Below, piece after piece: positions 49,940 through 62,147 of a DNA stretch of 64,000 bases. Positions within the stretch are counted from its first letter, which is position 1. Every line of letters begins with the position of its first letter. The stretch is taken from NCBI RefSeq assembly GCF_036321535.1, contig NC_087437.1, positions 83,330,001 through 83,394,000 on the forward strand. The letters are read 5' to 3'. The notes beneath the pieces are model-generated. The model did no database searches, had not been told where the DNA came from, and saw nothing but the letters and a program-made list of their open reading frames with translations. This DNA is from Camelus dromedarius (taxonomy: Eukaryota). The position numbers were made by a program, and so were the translations under genes.

Positions 49940-51055
49940 TGGCCAAAATCTGGAACAGTGACAATGCCAAATGCTAACAAGAATGTGAAGCAATAGGAAC
50001 TCACATTCTTTGCTAGTTGGAATATGAAATGGTACAGCCACTTTTGAAGACAGTTTAGTGGTCTTTTACAAAACTAAACATACTCTTACATTGCATACTC
50101 CTACAACTGCATTCCTTGGTATTTACCCAAAGGAGTTGAAAACTTATGTCCCCTGCACACAGATGTTTACAGCAGCTTTATTTATAATTGCCAAAACTGG
50201 GACCAAGATGCCCTTTATAGTAAGTGAATGGATAAATAAACTGTGGTACATCCAGACAGTGGAATATTATTCAGCGCTAAAAGGAAATGAGCTACCAAGC
50301 TATGAAAAGATATGGAGGAAACTTAACTGCGTATTACTAAGTGAAAGAAGTCAATCTGAAAAGTCTACATACTGTCTGATTCCAGCTATACGATATTCTG
50401 GAAAAGGCAAACTATGGAGACAGGAAAAAAATATCACAGGTTGCCAGGGTAGTGGGTCGAGATATGAACAGGTGGAGCACAGAGTATTTTTAGGGCAGTG
50501 AAATTATTCTGTGTGATACCATAATGATGGATACATGTCATTACACATTTGTCCAAACCCATAGAGTGTACAACATCAAAAGTGAAGCATAATGTAAAGT
50601 ATGGACTTTGGGTGGCTATGAATTATCAGTGTAGGTTCATCAATTGTAACAGACATACCACTGTGGTGTGGGATGTTGATAGTGGGGGAGGCTTTACCTG
50701 TGTAGAGGAAGAGAGTACATGCAAATTCTCTGTACTTTCAGTTTTGCTGTGAACTATAAACTGCTCTAAAAAAATGTCTTGAGGGAAGAGGATATAGCTC
50801 AGTGGTAGAGTGCCTGCCTAGCATGCACAAGGTCCTGAGTTCAATCCCCAGTGCCTCCATCAAAAATAAATAAAAACCTAATTACCTCCCTTAATTTTTC
50901 TTTAAATGTCTTAATTAAAAATGAAAGAGAGAATTCTGGAGATGAATGGTGTTGATGGTTGCACAAAAATTTGAATATACTTAGTGCACACCTAATTGTA
51001 CATTGAAGAATGGCTAAGATAGTCAATTTTATGTTATGTATATTTTACCCCAATT
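49940..51055 (+). mobile_element. Older L1M-type 3' end fragments
   Basis: GIYPKELKT..MFTAALFIIAK..EWINKLWYI peptides and L1MB/MC-like 3'UTR. Confidence 0.75.
50781..50903 (+). mobile_element. tRNA-Ala-derived SINE (Vic-1-like, camelid)
   Basis: A box TAGCTCAGTGG, B-box-like GAGTTCAATCCC, tail AAATAAATAAAAACCTAATTACCTCCC; TSD AAATGTCTT (50772-50780, 50904-50912). Confidence 0.85.
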
Positions 51056-52771
51056 TTTAATTGGGGTAAAAGATAATTATATTTCTGTATACTATAGACA
51101 TGCATCCTACCACTGAACTATACTCATCCCCCAGAAAGCCAAAATTTTAAAAATCAATGCCATTTATAATAACTCCAGAAACATAAAATTCTTAGGTATA
51201 AACCTAACAAAGTACAGACAAGATCTAGATGCTGAAAACTATAAAACATTGTTGAAAGAAATCATAAAAAACCTAAGTAGAGGCATACATTGCTCATTGA
51301 TTGGAGGAGTCAACATAAGATTTAAATTCTCACCAAACTAACCTACAGATTTAATGCAATACCAATCCAAATCGTAGCAGAATTTTTTGTAGATGTGGAA
51401 AAGCTGACTCTAAGACTTATTTAGAAAAACAAAGGAACTAGAATGACTAAAAGAGCTTTGAACAAGAATAAAGTTGAAGGATCTTAAGATTTATTTACTA
51501 TAAAGTTACAGTTATAAGACAGTATTTGCAAAAATATAGTAACATAGGCCAATGTACCAGAATAGATTTTTGCCTATAAGCAATAGGAAAACATTGTAAC
51601 CAGAGAAAAAAACTAGAAAAAGAAGTATCATTGGTATAAATTTGGCCACTGCATATGGAAGACATGAAAGCAGAAAGACTTGGGGCAAGGAGACTGATTG
51701 AGGTATATATTTATATTAGAGACAAAAAGGTCTAGTGGCAATGGGAATACTAAGAAACTAAAAAAAGTTTTGTAGCAAAAAATCCCCAAATAAACAAACC
51801 AAAAAAATTCAAGTCTTGAAAAGGGAGGGGTCAAAAATGACTTCAACATTTCAAGACTGGGAGACTGGAAAATGGTGGTCATTTTGATCAAAATCATGAT
51901 GTTGGAAATGCAAAGACTATATTAATAGAGATGAATAAAATTGGCAGTTAACATTAATTAAATTAATTCTTGTATTTTCAACGTACTGAATTTTTGTGCT
52001 GAACACATAGCACTATCCCATCAATTTTAACTATAACCCTAAGAGACAGGTCCTAGCAATATCATTCCTAATTGGCATATGAAGTACCTGACTCAGAGAG
52101 AAATATCAAGCCATTGCCAGTGTTCACACATCTAGTAAGCGGAAGAATTAGGATTTGCACCTAGAAAATCTGTTGCCAAAAATCACATTCTTAACCACTG
52201 TATTTGTCTCCTCAGGGATTTTTAAAGTCACCTAAATCCATCTGCCTTATGAATACAGAGGAGGAAATGGAAGCCCAAGGGGTTAAGGGCTTTCTAAAAA
52301 TCATACAGTAAGTGCCCTGTCGCCCAGAGCCAAGTTGCCTAGCTCCTTATCCTGTGTCCTTTCAATATATTACTCATTATCTGCACTTATTTTGATAGAA
52401 AGCTGCCTTTTCCAATGTTCACCTCTACCGCCTAGCTTTCCTAGAGATAAAATAAAATGCAGTTCTTAAATCTAGGAAAAACATGAAAGCTTAAAAAGAC
52501 GTGAAAGAGAACATAAAATGCTCTGTTTACATCTAGGAAAGACCTGAAGTTTTCAGTCAGAGAAACCAACAAACAGTATTAGTCAATCTTCATGCAAGGT
52601 AAATTGCATTTTCCTCAATAACAGGGATTTTCTTTTTGCCTAATCATTTGACATTATGTCATTAATCTTTTCATTTAATTTTGCAGTGTTGGGAAATTGG
52701 GAAGCACTAATCTGTTTGTGGTTTTCCTTTCCTAAGGAAGAGAATACATATTTAATGCAATATCGTGTATA

Positions 52772-53031
52772 TGCTTCCATCTAGTGGTTATATTCTATTA
52801 TTACACTATGATGAAGATTGCTTTCCTGTCCCCCACTTTCCACTAAAAGGGAGTCACCACTCCCATCACAGGTAGTTCTGAATCTCAGGAGTGAAGTGAG
52901 AGGGGAATGAAAGAGTGGGTGGGAAGGAAAAATACTCTAGTGAGGCTCTCATAATTCGGGGAAACGGAAGTGGAAACACCACTTAGAGTGAGAGCAAGGT
53001 TTTTGGAGGGTTAGCAAATGCCCCCTACTGG
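52772..53031 (-). promoter_or_regulatory. Two candidate CTCF motifs plus an ETS site
   Basis: Minus-strand CCACTAGATGGAAGCA (52772-52787) and CCAGTAGGGGGCA (53019-53031); CGGAAGTG at about 52965-52972; motif match only. Confidence 0.4.
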
Positions 53032-54409
53032 GTGCCCTAGGCACTTCAGGCTATGTTTTATTTCCAGGGTACCAAAACAAATGAATTGTGTGCTTAATCT
53101 CCCCAGTCTTAGTTTCCTCAATACAAAAAAAAAAGAAGGTAGTAGGTAGTAGTAGTAGTAGGTAGTAGGTAGTCTAAATAATCTCGGAAGGTCTTTTCAT
53201 ACCAACATTCTATGACTCTGCAATTTCCCACTCAAGGTATTTTGCCTGTTTGACATCATGCAGGCACACTGGGAAATTTCTAGAGGCTTGGAATTTGTTG
53301 TTGTTATCAGGTGTTATTGATCCAATATAAACAGGACCTTCACTTTCCTTGTATTTTCTCTTCATAAGCAAAATAGCTGCATGTCCCAAGATGAATATTG
53401 AGGACACAGCCATGCTATCCAGGTCTTCTCTTTGACTCCCTGCCAAAGGAACAGAAACTGGCTGACATCATCAGAGTGGAAGGAGAGTGGACAGGAGGCA
53501 GTTGATGCAAGGGAGAGCTTGAACCATTACAAAATTCTCCAGTGACCCTGTGATTAATTTTGTTTCCTGGTAGTTACCACTTCCTAATTTTGACAGATGT
53601 GGTTTTCTGCTTTTTTTTTAAGAAGCTTACTGGGTTTGCAAAGAAAGCACTAAAGGGATAAGGTCTAGGGAGCGGATTCAGGATCAACAGAGACAGATGC
53701 CTTACTGTAATTGAATTGAAACCCTGAGACCTTCTCTGGGCCAACTCTTTGTAAGCTAGTCCATTGCCTTATTTTTATTTTTATGCAGACTTAAAATTCA
53801 TAACTGACAAAATATGAACTGCTTTTATTCCTCCCTTAATGTTAATGTGGATATGGGTATCTGGTCTAGCAGAGATTATTCAATAAAGAGGTCAGCTGGA
53901 TTTGTATCGTTGGTTAATTTCTACATTGTAGAGGGGGGAACCCTGATGTGATTATGTGACGGTGAGGAGACATATGATCTGCCACATATTTCTGAAAAAC
54001 ATGTGCTCCAAAAAAGCTCCACTGCTGGCCTGACAGGTGGATAACTTCCACTTTAGGGCTTCATTCCTTCAGGTCAAAGCATTGCTTCAAGAAATCCCCT
54101 CTTACTGTCTTGCTTACCCCTTTTCAGCTACCACTATTTCATTGTGAACATTAAAGTTTAGTGTTCATCAAAAGTCGTCTCGATTGCTAGGACCCAGAAT
54201 TTTGATGAGGAGGATATATAAAGCATAGATTTACCTGTAAATCAGAACTTCCAAACTGGGTCCTCTGGAGGAGCACTTTATTTTTTTTTGAGAAATATTA
54301 GTAAATCTGGTGGAATTTTTTTTAAAGGAGATCTGAGGTCAACCAAGTTTGAGAAACAGAATTCAGCAGAACTAAACAGGCTTTTTCACTGAAGCTTTTA
54401 AGGGAACAA

Positions 54410-56030
54410 ATATTTATTAAACACTGATTACATGCCAAGAATGGTTAGAAGTGTTTAGGATACCCCAGGGAACAAAACAAAGAATGCTTCCTTGTAGAGC
54501 TTACACTCTAGCAGGATTAGACAATAATGAATAATAAATACAATGAGTTTACTGTATAAAACATGCTAATGGAGTATATGATAGATTGGTAACACAGGTT
54601 GTGGGAAGAAAGGGAGTATACTGCATTTTTTTAAAGAGTGGTTCGGGTATGCATCATGGAAAAAATGACATTTGAGCAAAGATTTAAATTCATTAAGGGA
54701 GTTAGTCATATGGATTCCCATGTGAAGAGTGTGTCAGGCAAGGTTGACCACCAGTGCAAAGACCCTGAGGTGGGATCATGTTTGGTATGTTCAAGGAACA
54801 GCAAAGAGGCCAGTGTTAGTGGAACTGGTGGTGGGGTGGAGGGAACAGCCTGAGAAACCAGAAGGCAAGGAGGAAGGGGGAGTTGTAGATTATGTAGGGC
54901 TTTCCTGGCCATAGTAAAGACTTTTTAAATTGAAGAGACTGAGAAGCAATTGCAGAGTTTTGAAGGGAGGAGTAACTTGATCTGACTTATATTTTTAAGG
55001 GATCACTGTTTGCTCTGTTGAGAGTTGACTGAAACAAGGCCAGGGAAGAAGCCAGGAGACAGGGCACGACTGCAATCATTCAAGCAACAGGTGATGATGA
55101 CTAAAAGGCTAGGGTGGTAGCTGAGCTGGTGGTGAGAAGCACTTGGACCCTGGATGCATTCTTAAGGTGAATTGGACAAGAAGTGTCAGACAGATGAGTC
55201 AAGAAAGGACAGTGTTGTTATCAGCTGAGATAAAGAAGGCTATAGTGGGACTGGAGGGAGGGATGTTAACAAGCTGGCTTTTGGACATGTTGAACTTGAG
55301 GTATTTATCAGACATTCATGTGGAAATATTAAGCAGGCAGTTGGGTATGTGTCTTAGTCCACTTGGGCCATTGTAATACTATATCACACATGGGCAGCTT
55401 ATAAACAACAGAAATTTATTTCCCACAATTCTGGAAGTTGAAACTCCAAGATCAGGGTGCCAGCTTGGTCAGACTGAGGACTGTCTTCTGGGCTGCAGAC
55501 TTCTGTTGTGTCTTCACATGATGGAAGGCGTAAGGGATCTCTCTGGGGTCTCTTTGATAAGGGCACTAATCCCATTTTTGAGGGCTTCATCCTCGTGACC
55601 TAATCACCTCCCAAAGACCTGGCCTACTAAAACCATCACCTTTGGAGATTTGGATTCCAACATTTGTATTTTGAGGAACACAAACATTGAAACCATAGCA
55701 ATATAAGATGGAACTTTGGGAGGAAAGCCTGGACTGAAAATATAAATTTGGGAGTGTTTGGTATCATTTTTAAAGCCTCTAGACTGGGTGAGATCACTAA
55801 AGATGTAAGAGAGGCAAGTACTCAAGTACTGAGTGTAGGACTGCGCCAATGCTATGGAATTAGACAGAGAAAGGGGATCAGAGAGAGAATGACCAAGAGT
55901 TAAGAGGAAAACAGGAGAGTACAGCACAGCACAGAGAGGACAGGTAAAGGAACTGTTTCAAATAAGAGGGAGAAATCAAGTGTGTCACTGTGTCCAGTAG
56001 ATCAAGTAAGACAAGGACTGTGACTAGACT
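54410..56030. mobile_element. L2 remnant interrupted by an MLT1A LTR
   Basis: L2-like phrases (AGTGCAAAGACCCTGAGGTGGGA..GTTCAAGGAACAGCAAAGAGGCCAGTG, TTTGGACATGTTGAACTTGAGG). Confidence 0.65.
55349..55700. mobile_element. MLT1A-like MaLR LTR
   Basis: TGTCTTAGTCCA...ACCATAGCA termini; similar to 32975-33337. Confidence 0.8.
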
Positions 56031-58183
56031 GTCGGACTAACATCCTCCTCGTTGCTAAGGGCCACTCTCATTGAACCATGTAGTGTGAACTGTGAATCCC
56101 CGAGAGGGCAGTGAAATGCATAGTGTTTCCCAAACTCACTTAGCACAGAACATTTTCTCACAAATCATCTCCAGTGTAGCCAAGAACTACTCTGGCAAAT
56201 GTCAGTGTAGATAACAGTACTCAGTGAAGAGAACAGATCTGGGTAGCACAGAGAGCTGGGGTCAAGAGTTGGGGGCCCTGGATCTCATGGGAGCACTTAG
56301 ATGGAAACCAAACTTTGACCACATTGACATCCTCCAGCTGCCATAGTGACAGTAGCTTAAGACCAGCAACTTCCCTTACATTTCCTCTATTGACTGGCTT
56401 TCTGCACAAGAGGAAAGCCTACTGGCCCAGAAATACATGAAAAAAATGCTCAAATTTCTCTACGCATTAGGGAAATTAAAATTAAAACTACAACATTCAT
56501 TGCATTGGGTAATTTTTCAAAGCCTGATAATATCAATCTTGAAAAGATTTTAAGAACTGAGGGCTCTCATTCACTGCTAGTGGGGCTTTAAATTGGGGCT
56601 GTCATGTTAATGAGCATTATGGCAGTCTCCTGTAAATTTGAAGATGTGAAAATGTTCAGCCTAGCAGTTTTACTTCTAGGTATTTACCCTAAAAAAACTC
56701 TTCCACATGAGTGCAAGATAATGTTGACAAAAATGCACTGTAAGATTGTTTATAATAGATTGTTTGATAGAAAAAATAAGAAATAAAGTCCATCAACAGA
56801 AGGATGAATAAGAAAGGTTTTAATTATCCACACACTGAAATAGTGGTTAAAAATGAATTAACTAGGGCTACATCTATCAACATGATAAATCTAAGCACAA
56901 TGTGGGACAGAAAAAATATGTTGCAGAAATAAATTTAACACCATTTTTATAAAGTTTCCTGAAACATGCAAAAGATTTGTGAATTATTTATGAATATATA
57001 TAATAGTATAACTATATATGATGATAAACACTAAATAGGGGATAAAGGAAGAGGTAAGGATTTATTACATCATTCTGTATAATTGTAGTATTTTAATATT
57101 TATAATATTTTATATTAACCATATTTTAAAAAGGAAAGAAAGACATGCCGAAGAAACGGAGGAGGAGGTGATAATGCATCAGCTAAGAGAAGGTGTAACC
57201 CAAGCCAAAATGAATGAACACAATCAAGCAATTGCACAAGGCGTCAAGGAGACAAATCAATTCGAGGAAATTTTAGAATTCCTTCACAGTATATTCCTGG
57301 GAAGAGAACAGCATTCTTCTTGAGTCCTAGTAAACAGGTCAGATGTCACTGTATTGCTCGCCCTGTGATTTCCCAGTTGGAGAAATTGAATTTCACTGAC
57401 ATGTCCATTCATCATAAAGGGAATATTTCCAGGGAATATTTCTACTCTATGTGTGCAAAGTACCCTTAGAAGCCTATTTGACCATAATTTACCCACTGCC
57501 GAAGACTAATTTCTTTTTATTTATCTGGCTGCTCACCATATTAAACCTTAAACTGAACCACTTTTGTTATCAGTGGAACAACCATCATCTTAAACTATGT
57601 TTATTAATTTGACAAAATAATAATTTAATTTTTTCTTTGTACTCTGGCCATCTGTATGCATTTGGGGAGGGAATGATTCTTTTCTTTCTGGATTAAAAAG
57701 GAACCGTGAGATAAAGGAAAAGGTCTTTAAAGTGTAATTAAAATTAATCATCTACGTTCTCATTAAGCATATTACTTTGCTGAGTATTTAAATATATTTA
57801 AATGATATTGTGTGGGATTAAGGGGACTTAATGCCTGACCTCACTTCTTTGTCTGCCGAGGACCACAGCTGAGTTTATTGAGGAGGGGATCAAGCATCCC
57901 ACTAAGAACCTCCCCTGGAAAGAGGGACTAAAGGGTGGAAACTGAAAATGAAAAAAATCTGCTTTATTTTCCTTAAATTGCTGACGATCCAGACAGATGT
58001 TTGCCTGTAAGTGATGTCAATCTACTTAACCTACTAGAACAAAAGACCATCGAAGGCAATGTCTCTCTTTTTCCCTTGATGCCTTTTCCCTGACACTCTA
58101 ATTACTTTTTAAAAGACACAACAAGAAGCAATATTGGTAACAGTATTGGTTGCATCCGTCTACCTTCCTTTCTTTTGGAAGAG

Positions 58184-58308
58184 ATGATCCTGGCGTCCCT
58201 ATTGGTCTTCTTCACCTGCATCTGGATTACACTGACACCAAATGCTTTTGCTGCTGCTGAAATCAAGAAGCCCCACCAGTGCTGCTCCTCTTCAATGAAA
58301 TGGACCCG
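58184..58308 (+). CDS. GABRR3: GABA-A receptor rho-3 subunit, first coding exon (signal peptide; gene continues beyond the window)
   Basis: 125-nt exon MILASLLVFFTCIWITLTPNAFAAAEIKKPHQCCSSSMKWT(R) resembles the recalled human GABRR3 N-terminus (MVLAFQLVSFTYIWIILKPNVCAASNIKMTHQRCSSSMKQT); donor CG|GTAAGA at 58309; acceptor AG at 58180-58181; synteny with OR5AC. Confidence 0.9.
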
Positions 58309-58328
58309 GTAAGATATCCACAACCCAA

Positions 58329-58460
58329 GGGGGTTATAGCTCAAAGGTAGAGTGCGTGCTTAGCATGCACAAGGTCCTGGGTTCAATCCCCAGTGCCCTC
58401 CTTATATAAATAAATAAATAAATAAACAAACAAACAAACAAACAAACAAACCTAATGACC
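58329..58460 (+). mobile_element. tRNA-Ala-derived SINE (Vic-1-like) in the GABRR3 intron
   Basis: GGGGGTTATAGCTCAAAGGTAGAGTGCGTGCTTAGCATGCACAAGGTCCTGGGTTCAATCCCCAGT followed by (TAAA)n(CAAA)n and CCTAATGACC. Confidence 0.88.
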
Positions 58461-59963
58461 GAAAGATAGCCGTAAGTTAATCTCTATTTCCCTCACTAGC
58501 CACCTCAGACCTGTGGGGAAATAAGTCTTCAACAGTAGCCCAAATTTGTGGCACTGATTGTCTCTAGAGATAGCATTAACTCATTAAAATAAATCACCTC
58601 TGGTTAGCATGGAAAGAGCAGTATTTGGGGTCTCTGCTGGCATTTGCATTTTTTAGGAAAAAAAATACAGTTCAGGGGCTCATGTGTGAATCTTCTTCCA
58701 GGTAATGTATTTCTCCAATGAGTAATGCATTTATTATAAAAAAAACAGCATGTTTAATGTTTCTTCAGAACTTCTCTGAGTACACATCAGTCTAAGCACC
58801 AATTTCTAATGTCAAGTACTTGCAGAGTGTATAGTTCTATATATTAATGAGACAGTAGTGAAAGGCATTAAAGCCATTTGTTGTTTTTTTTTTTAAGATT
58901 AGTTTTCCATTTTGAAAATCACCTTTGAAATATCATCCTGAATGTCACTACATCACCATTATTATCTTATCATCAATAATGGAGAGTATATTTGGACCTG
59001 CTAGTGAAGGGGCACAGCCCTCTGCTAGAATGATCAGTTCTTCCTCATTTGCTTGGGGCTTCGTGGTTTTTAGCACTGAAAGTCCCAGGGACACCCCTCA
59101 GTCCCAGGCAAACTAGAACAATTAGTCACCCTTCTACGTATGTACCTTTAATGGTCAAAGAATGTCCTGGGGGGAGTCTGTCCTTTTCAACAAGCACAAG
59201 ATTTCCAAAAAGACCCAGTAGGCGAAATTGAGGACTGAAGGTGAGTGATACCACCCAGCCAACCGTGGCATCCGTGAGGTGACATATGTCTCAGCCAGAT
59301 TGCCCTCACATCTTGAATATTTATGAAGAACTCACAATAAGATCACGAAAGAGAACATAAAAATTTAATAAATCCTCCTGAAGACTCAGGTTTAATGAAC
59401 AAAAACAAAAGCAAGGTCGGGGGAGGGAGATGTGGGGGGAGGGAGAGGTCACTAGATTCCTGATCTCTGCTCTGCTCTTAAAAATGAAGGACTGCCTCTC
59501 ATACTTCCCTTCCAGGCTTCTGCTTCCACATGCAGATCTGAGATGCTATGAAATCTTGTCCAGTTTAACCACTTTCTGAGTCTTCTTCAAGGCAATTAGG
59601 CAAGCAATACTTGGGAAACGTGGGGTTGTATAACCAGGCTATATGCTTTTTCAGATTGCTTATAACATCTGTGTAGTATATTTTATCTAATTTTGAACAA
59701 ATGGAGACTGCTTAAAAATACCATCTGCTACTCAAACAGTAGATTCGTCCAGTTTGTTTGGTGGATGTGTAGATGAGAAGGGAGACTGTCACAGGAGTTA
59801 ATTTCACCAGTCCCCTGTCATTGGAAGAGTGGCTGCAGAAAAAATCTACCATGTATGTTTTTTAGGTGTCATTTTTAAGGGACAAGAGGAGAACACCTGT
59901 TCTTTGTGGTAGGGTGGAAATGTTTTTCTTTAAAAGTTTAAATGAAGAGGGAAACTCAGGCTT

Positions 59964-60006
59964 TCTGCAGTCAAATGCTCTAACCCTGAGCTATACCCCC
60001 TTGCCT
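59964..60006 (-). pseudogene. Tailless retrocopy of the tRNA-Cys(GCA) 5' half
   Basis: GGGGGTATAGCTCAGGGTTAGAGCATTTGACTGCAGA ends at the anticodon loop; 17-bp TSD GGAAACTCAGGCTTTCT (59950-59966, 60007-60023). Confidence 0.88.
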
Positions 60007-60035
60007 GGAAACTCAGGCTTTCTACTCCATGGCAC

Positions 60036-60705
60036 TGTTACTGAACCAAACTTGGGTCCACTTTCCTACACACAGTAAAGCCAATCTGTTAACACTGGGT
60101 GGGGAAGGAAAGTGCAGCGTTTATTGTTAAGGTGTCAGACAAGGAGTTTGGGATGGCTGATGCTCAAAAAACCTGAACTCTCTGATGGGTTTCAAGGAAG
60201 CATTTTTAAAAGCAAGGTAAGGGAGGGGAGTCACAGAGTGTGTGATCAGCCCATGCACAATTCTCTGATTGGTTGATGGTGAGATAACAGGGCGGTGTCA
60301 CAGAAGTTAACATTATCAATCCTCAGGCTCCGGTAGGTCTGGGGGCTATGTGCTCATGGTCATCAAGTAGTTAATTTCTTCCATTTCATGGAGGTTTTAG
60401 CGTCTGTAAAACAACTCAGGAAATGTGCATCAGATACTGTTATTTGTGTACTTCAGGGAGAAACTAAAGATTCTGTGACTTCCCTACGGCTGATTTACTG
60501 TTTAACTTGTTACCAGTTCTTCTGGCCCAACTGCTACTTTTGTCACTACATGTTCACATCCTTTCAATCGTTAATTCTTGAGCCAGGCATTTTTGACTAA
60601 GAGGAGGCCTGGGAGACTACAGCTTTTCTATAAACAAGAGGTAGGCAGAGGACGTGGGGGTAGAGTTCTGCCCCGGGAAGGCCCCATAAGGTCCTGTTTG
60701 TTATA
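60036..60705 (-). mobile_element. Probable solo ERV1-type LTR
   Basis: Starts TGTTACTGAACCAAACTTGGGTCC; minus-strand AATAAA (about 60120) and CCAAT boxes; right end and TSD uncertain. Confidence 0.65.
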
Positions 60706-61627
60706 AGGCCAAGCATGTTTGTTTTCACTTCTTTATATCCTAAGTGATGTACCCCTTTCAGTGAAAAGCTACAATATGATTCATTAAAATTTATATCTGA
60801 TTCTTTTGTTCTTCAAAGAAAAAATCCTTTAGGACACGAGGGATTGCATAAAACATAGACCTTGGTTCTGAAGTAGCCACTTAGGATGAAAGACAGGCAT
60901 TTTCCCGAGTGAACAGAGTAATTCAGCCAGCTGATTTCTGAGCTGTCACTCAGCACTCACTCATGTAGATTTTAAGACATTTTAGCAAAAATGCTGAAAT
61001 TACTATATAATGTAGTTTCTAGAGTAAGGAGCCCAGGATTCTTCAGACCTTAGTCTGTGAATAAATACTGTGACATTTTTTGCCACATGCCCAGTCTGAT
61101 TATCAGTAACTAGACAAGTAATAACGGAATGAATTAACAATCTACTCTTTCAAAATGCAAGAGAACTAGTAGAATGAACATAGAAGAAAGCCCTCAACTT
61201 TCTTTGAAAATTAATAAGTATATTTATATACATTATTTTGAGCTAATTTTTCTAGTCAGGCCCTTGAAGTCTTTGCTATTGACTATTTTTATTCAGAATA
61301 TAATTTTACTTTTTGCTCAAAGATTCTGTTTTTCATCCAAATATCTTAAAAATCTTTCATCCAAAGATTCCCTTTATTTCTTAAAAAACAAAATGGGGGA
61401 GAGGAGGAGTTGGAGAGCAAAGTAAATATGGCAGGGGAAAATGTTCCTGTTTTGCGTGGGGGAGACATCTGGCTCCCTAGGGCTGCAAAGAGGATTAGGC
61501 AGTAGACTCACTAAATATTTATTTATTCATTCTTTCTCAACAATTGTACTGAGTGCTCCTAGTATGGCAAGTGTTGGGTCGGGGGTTAGGAGGAACCACA
61601 TACTGTCTCTGGCCTTAGGAATAATCT

Positions 61628-62147
61628 GCAGAGTGCCCAAGTCTGCTCAGATCCACTTGCAAGAGCCAATTGTTCAATTTTAAGGCTGTTAAAAAATAAA
61701 CATTATTAAAAATTAAATTATATAAACACACAAATAAATTATGTTTAAAATGAAAGTAATAAATACTTAAAATTCGCCACTTCCTACTTTACTCCATTTT
61801 ACTATGATCTGTTGTTTTCAAGGTTATTTATGGCTATGACACCTCGTATCTATGTGGTAGAAATACTACACTATACTGTGCTATATACTCCCCTATAGAC
61901 AATAAGACACTAAATTATATTATATTAATATTATATTATATTATATTATATTATATTATATTATATTATATTATATTATATTACACTTCACTACACTATA
62001 GGCTGTGCATATCTCTGTCATATCCATAGCTTGAAATCAACTACAGTGGAAGTATTTTTATGTCATGGAAATCAGCAAACACTACATATAGGGCTTTTTT
62101 AAATTTTTCTGGAAAGCCATGTGTTAAACAATTAACCAGCATATCAA
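61628..62147. mobile_element. MER63-like (hAT) DNA transposon relic with an internal (ATATT)n run
   Basis: GCAAGAGCCAATTGTT..CATTATTAAAAATTAAATTATATAAAC..TAGCTTGAAATC..TGTTAAACAATTAACCAGCA resembles MER63; (ATATT)n at about 61914-61982. Confidence 0.65.

Noticed and set aside
50781..50860. A tRNA-Ala gene (also at 58329)
   Set aside because: Has a SINE tail, flanking repeats and mismatched stems; it is a tRNA-derived SINE
58102..58344. Minus-strand 80-aa ORF
   Set aside because: Antisense shadow of the GABRR3 exon, starting inside a SINE
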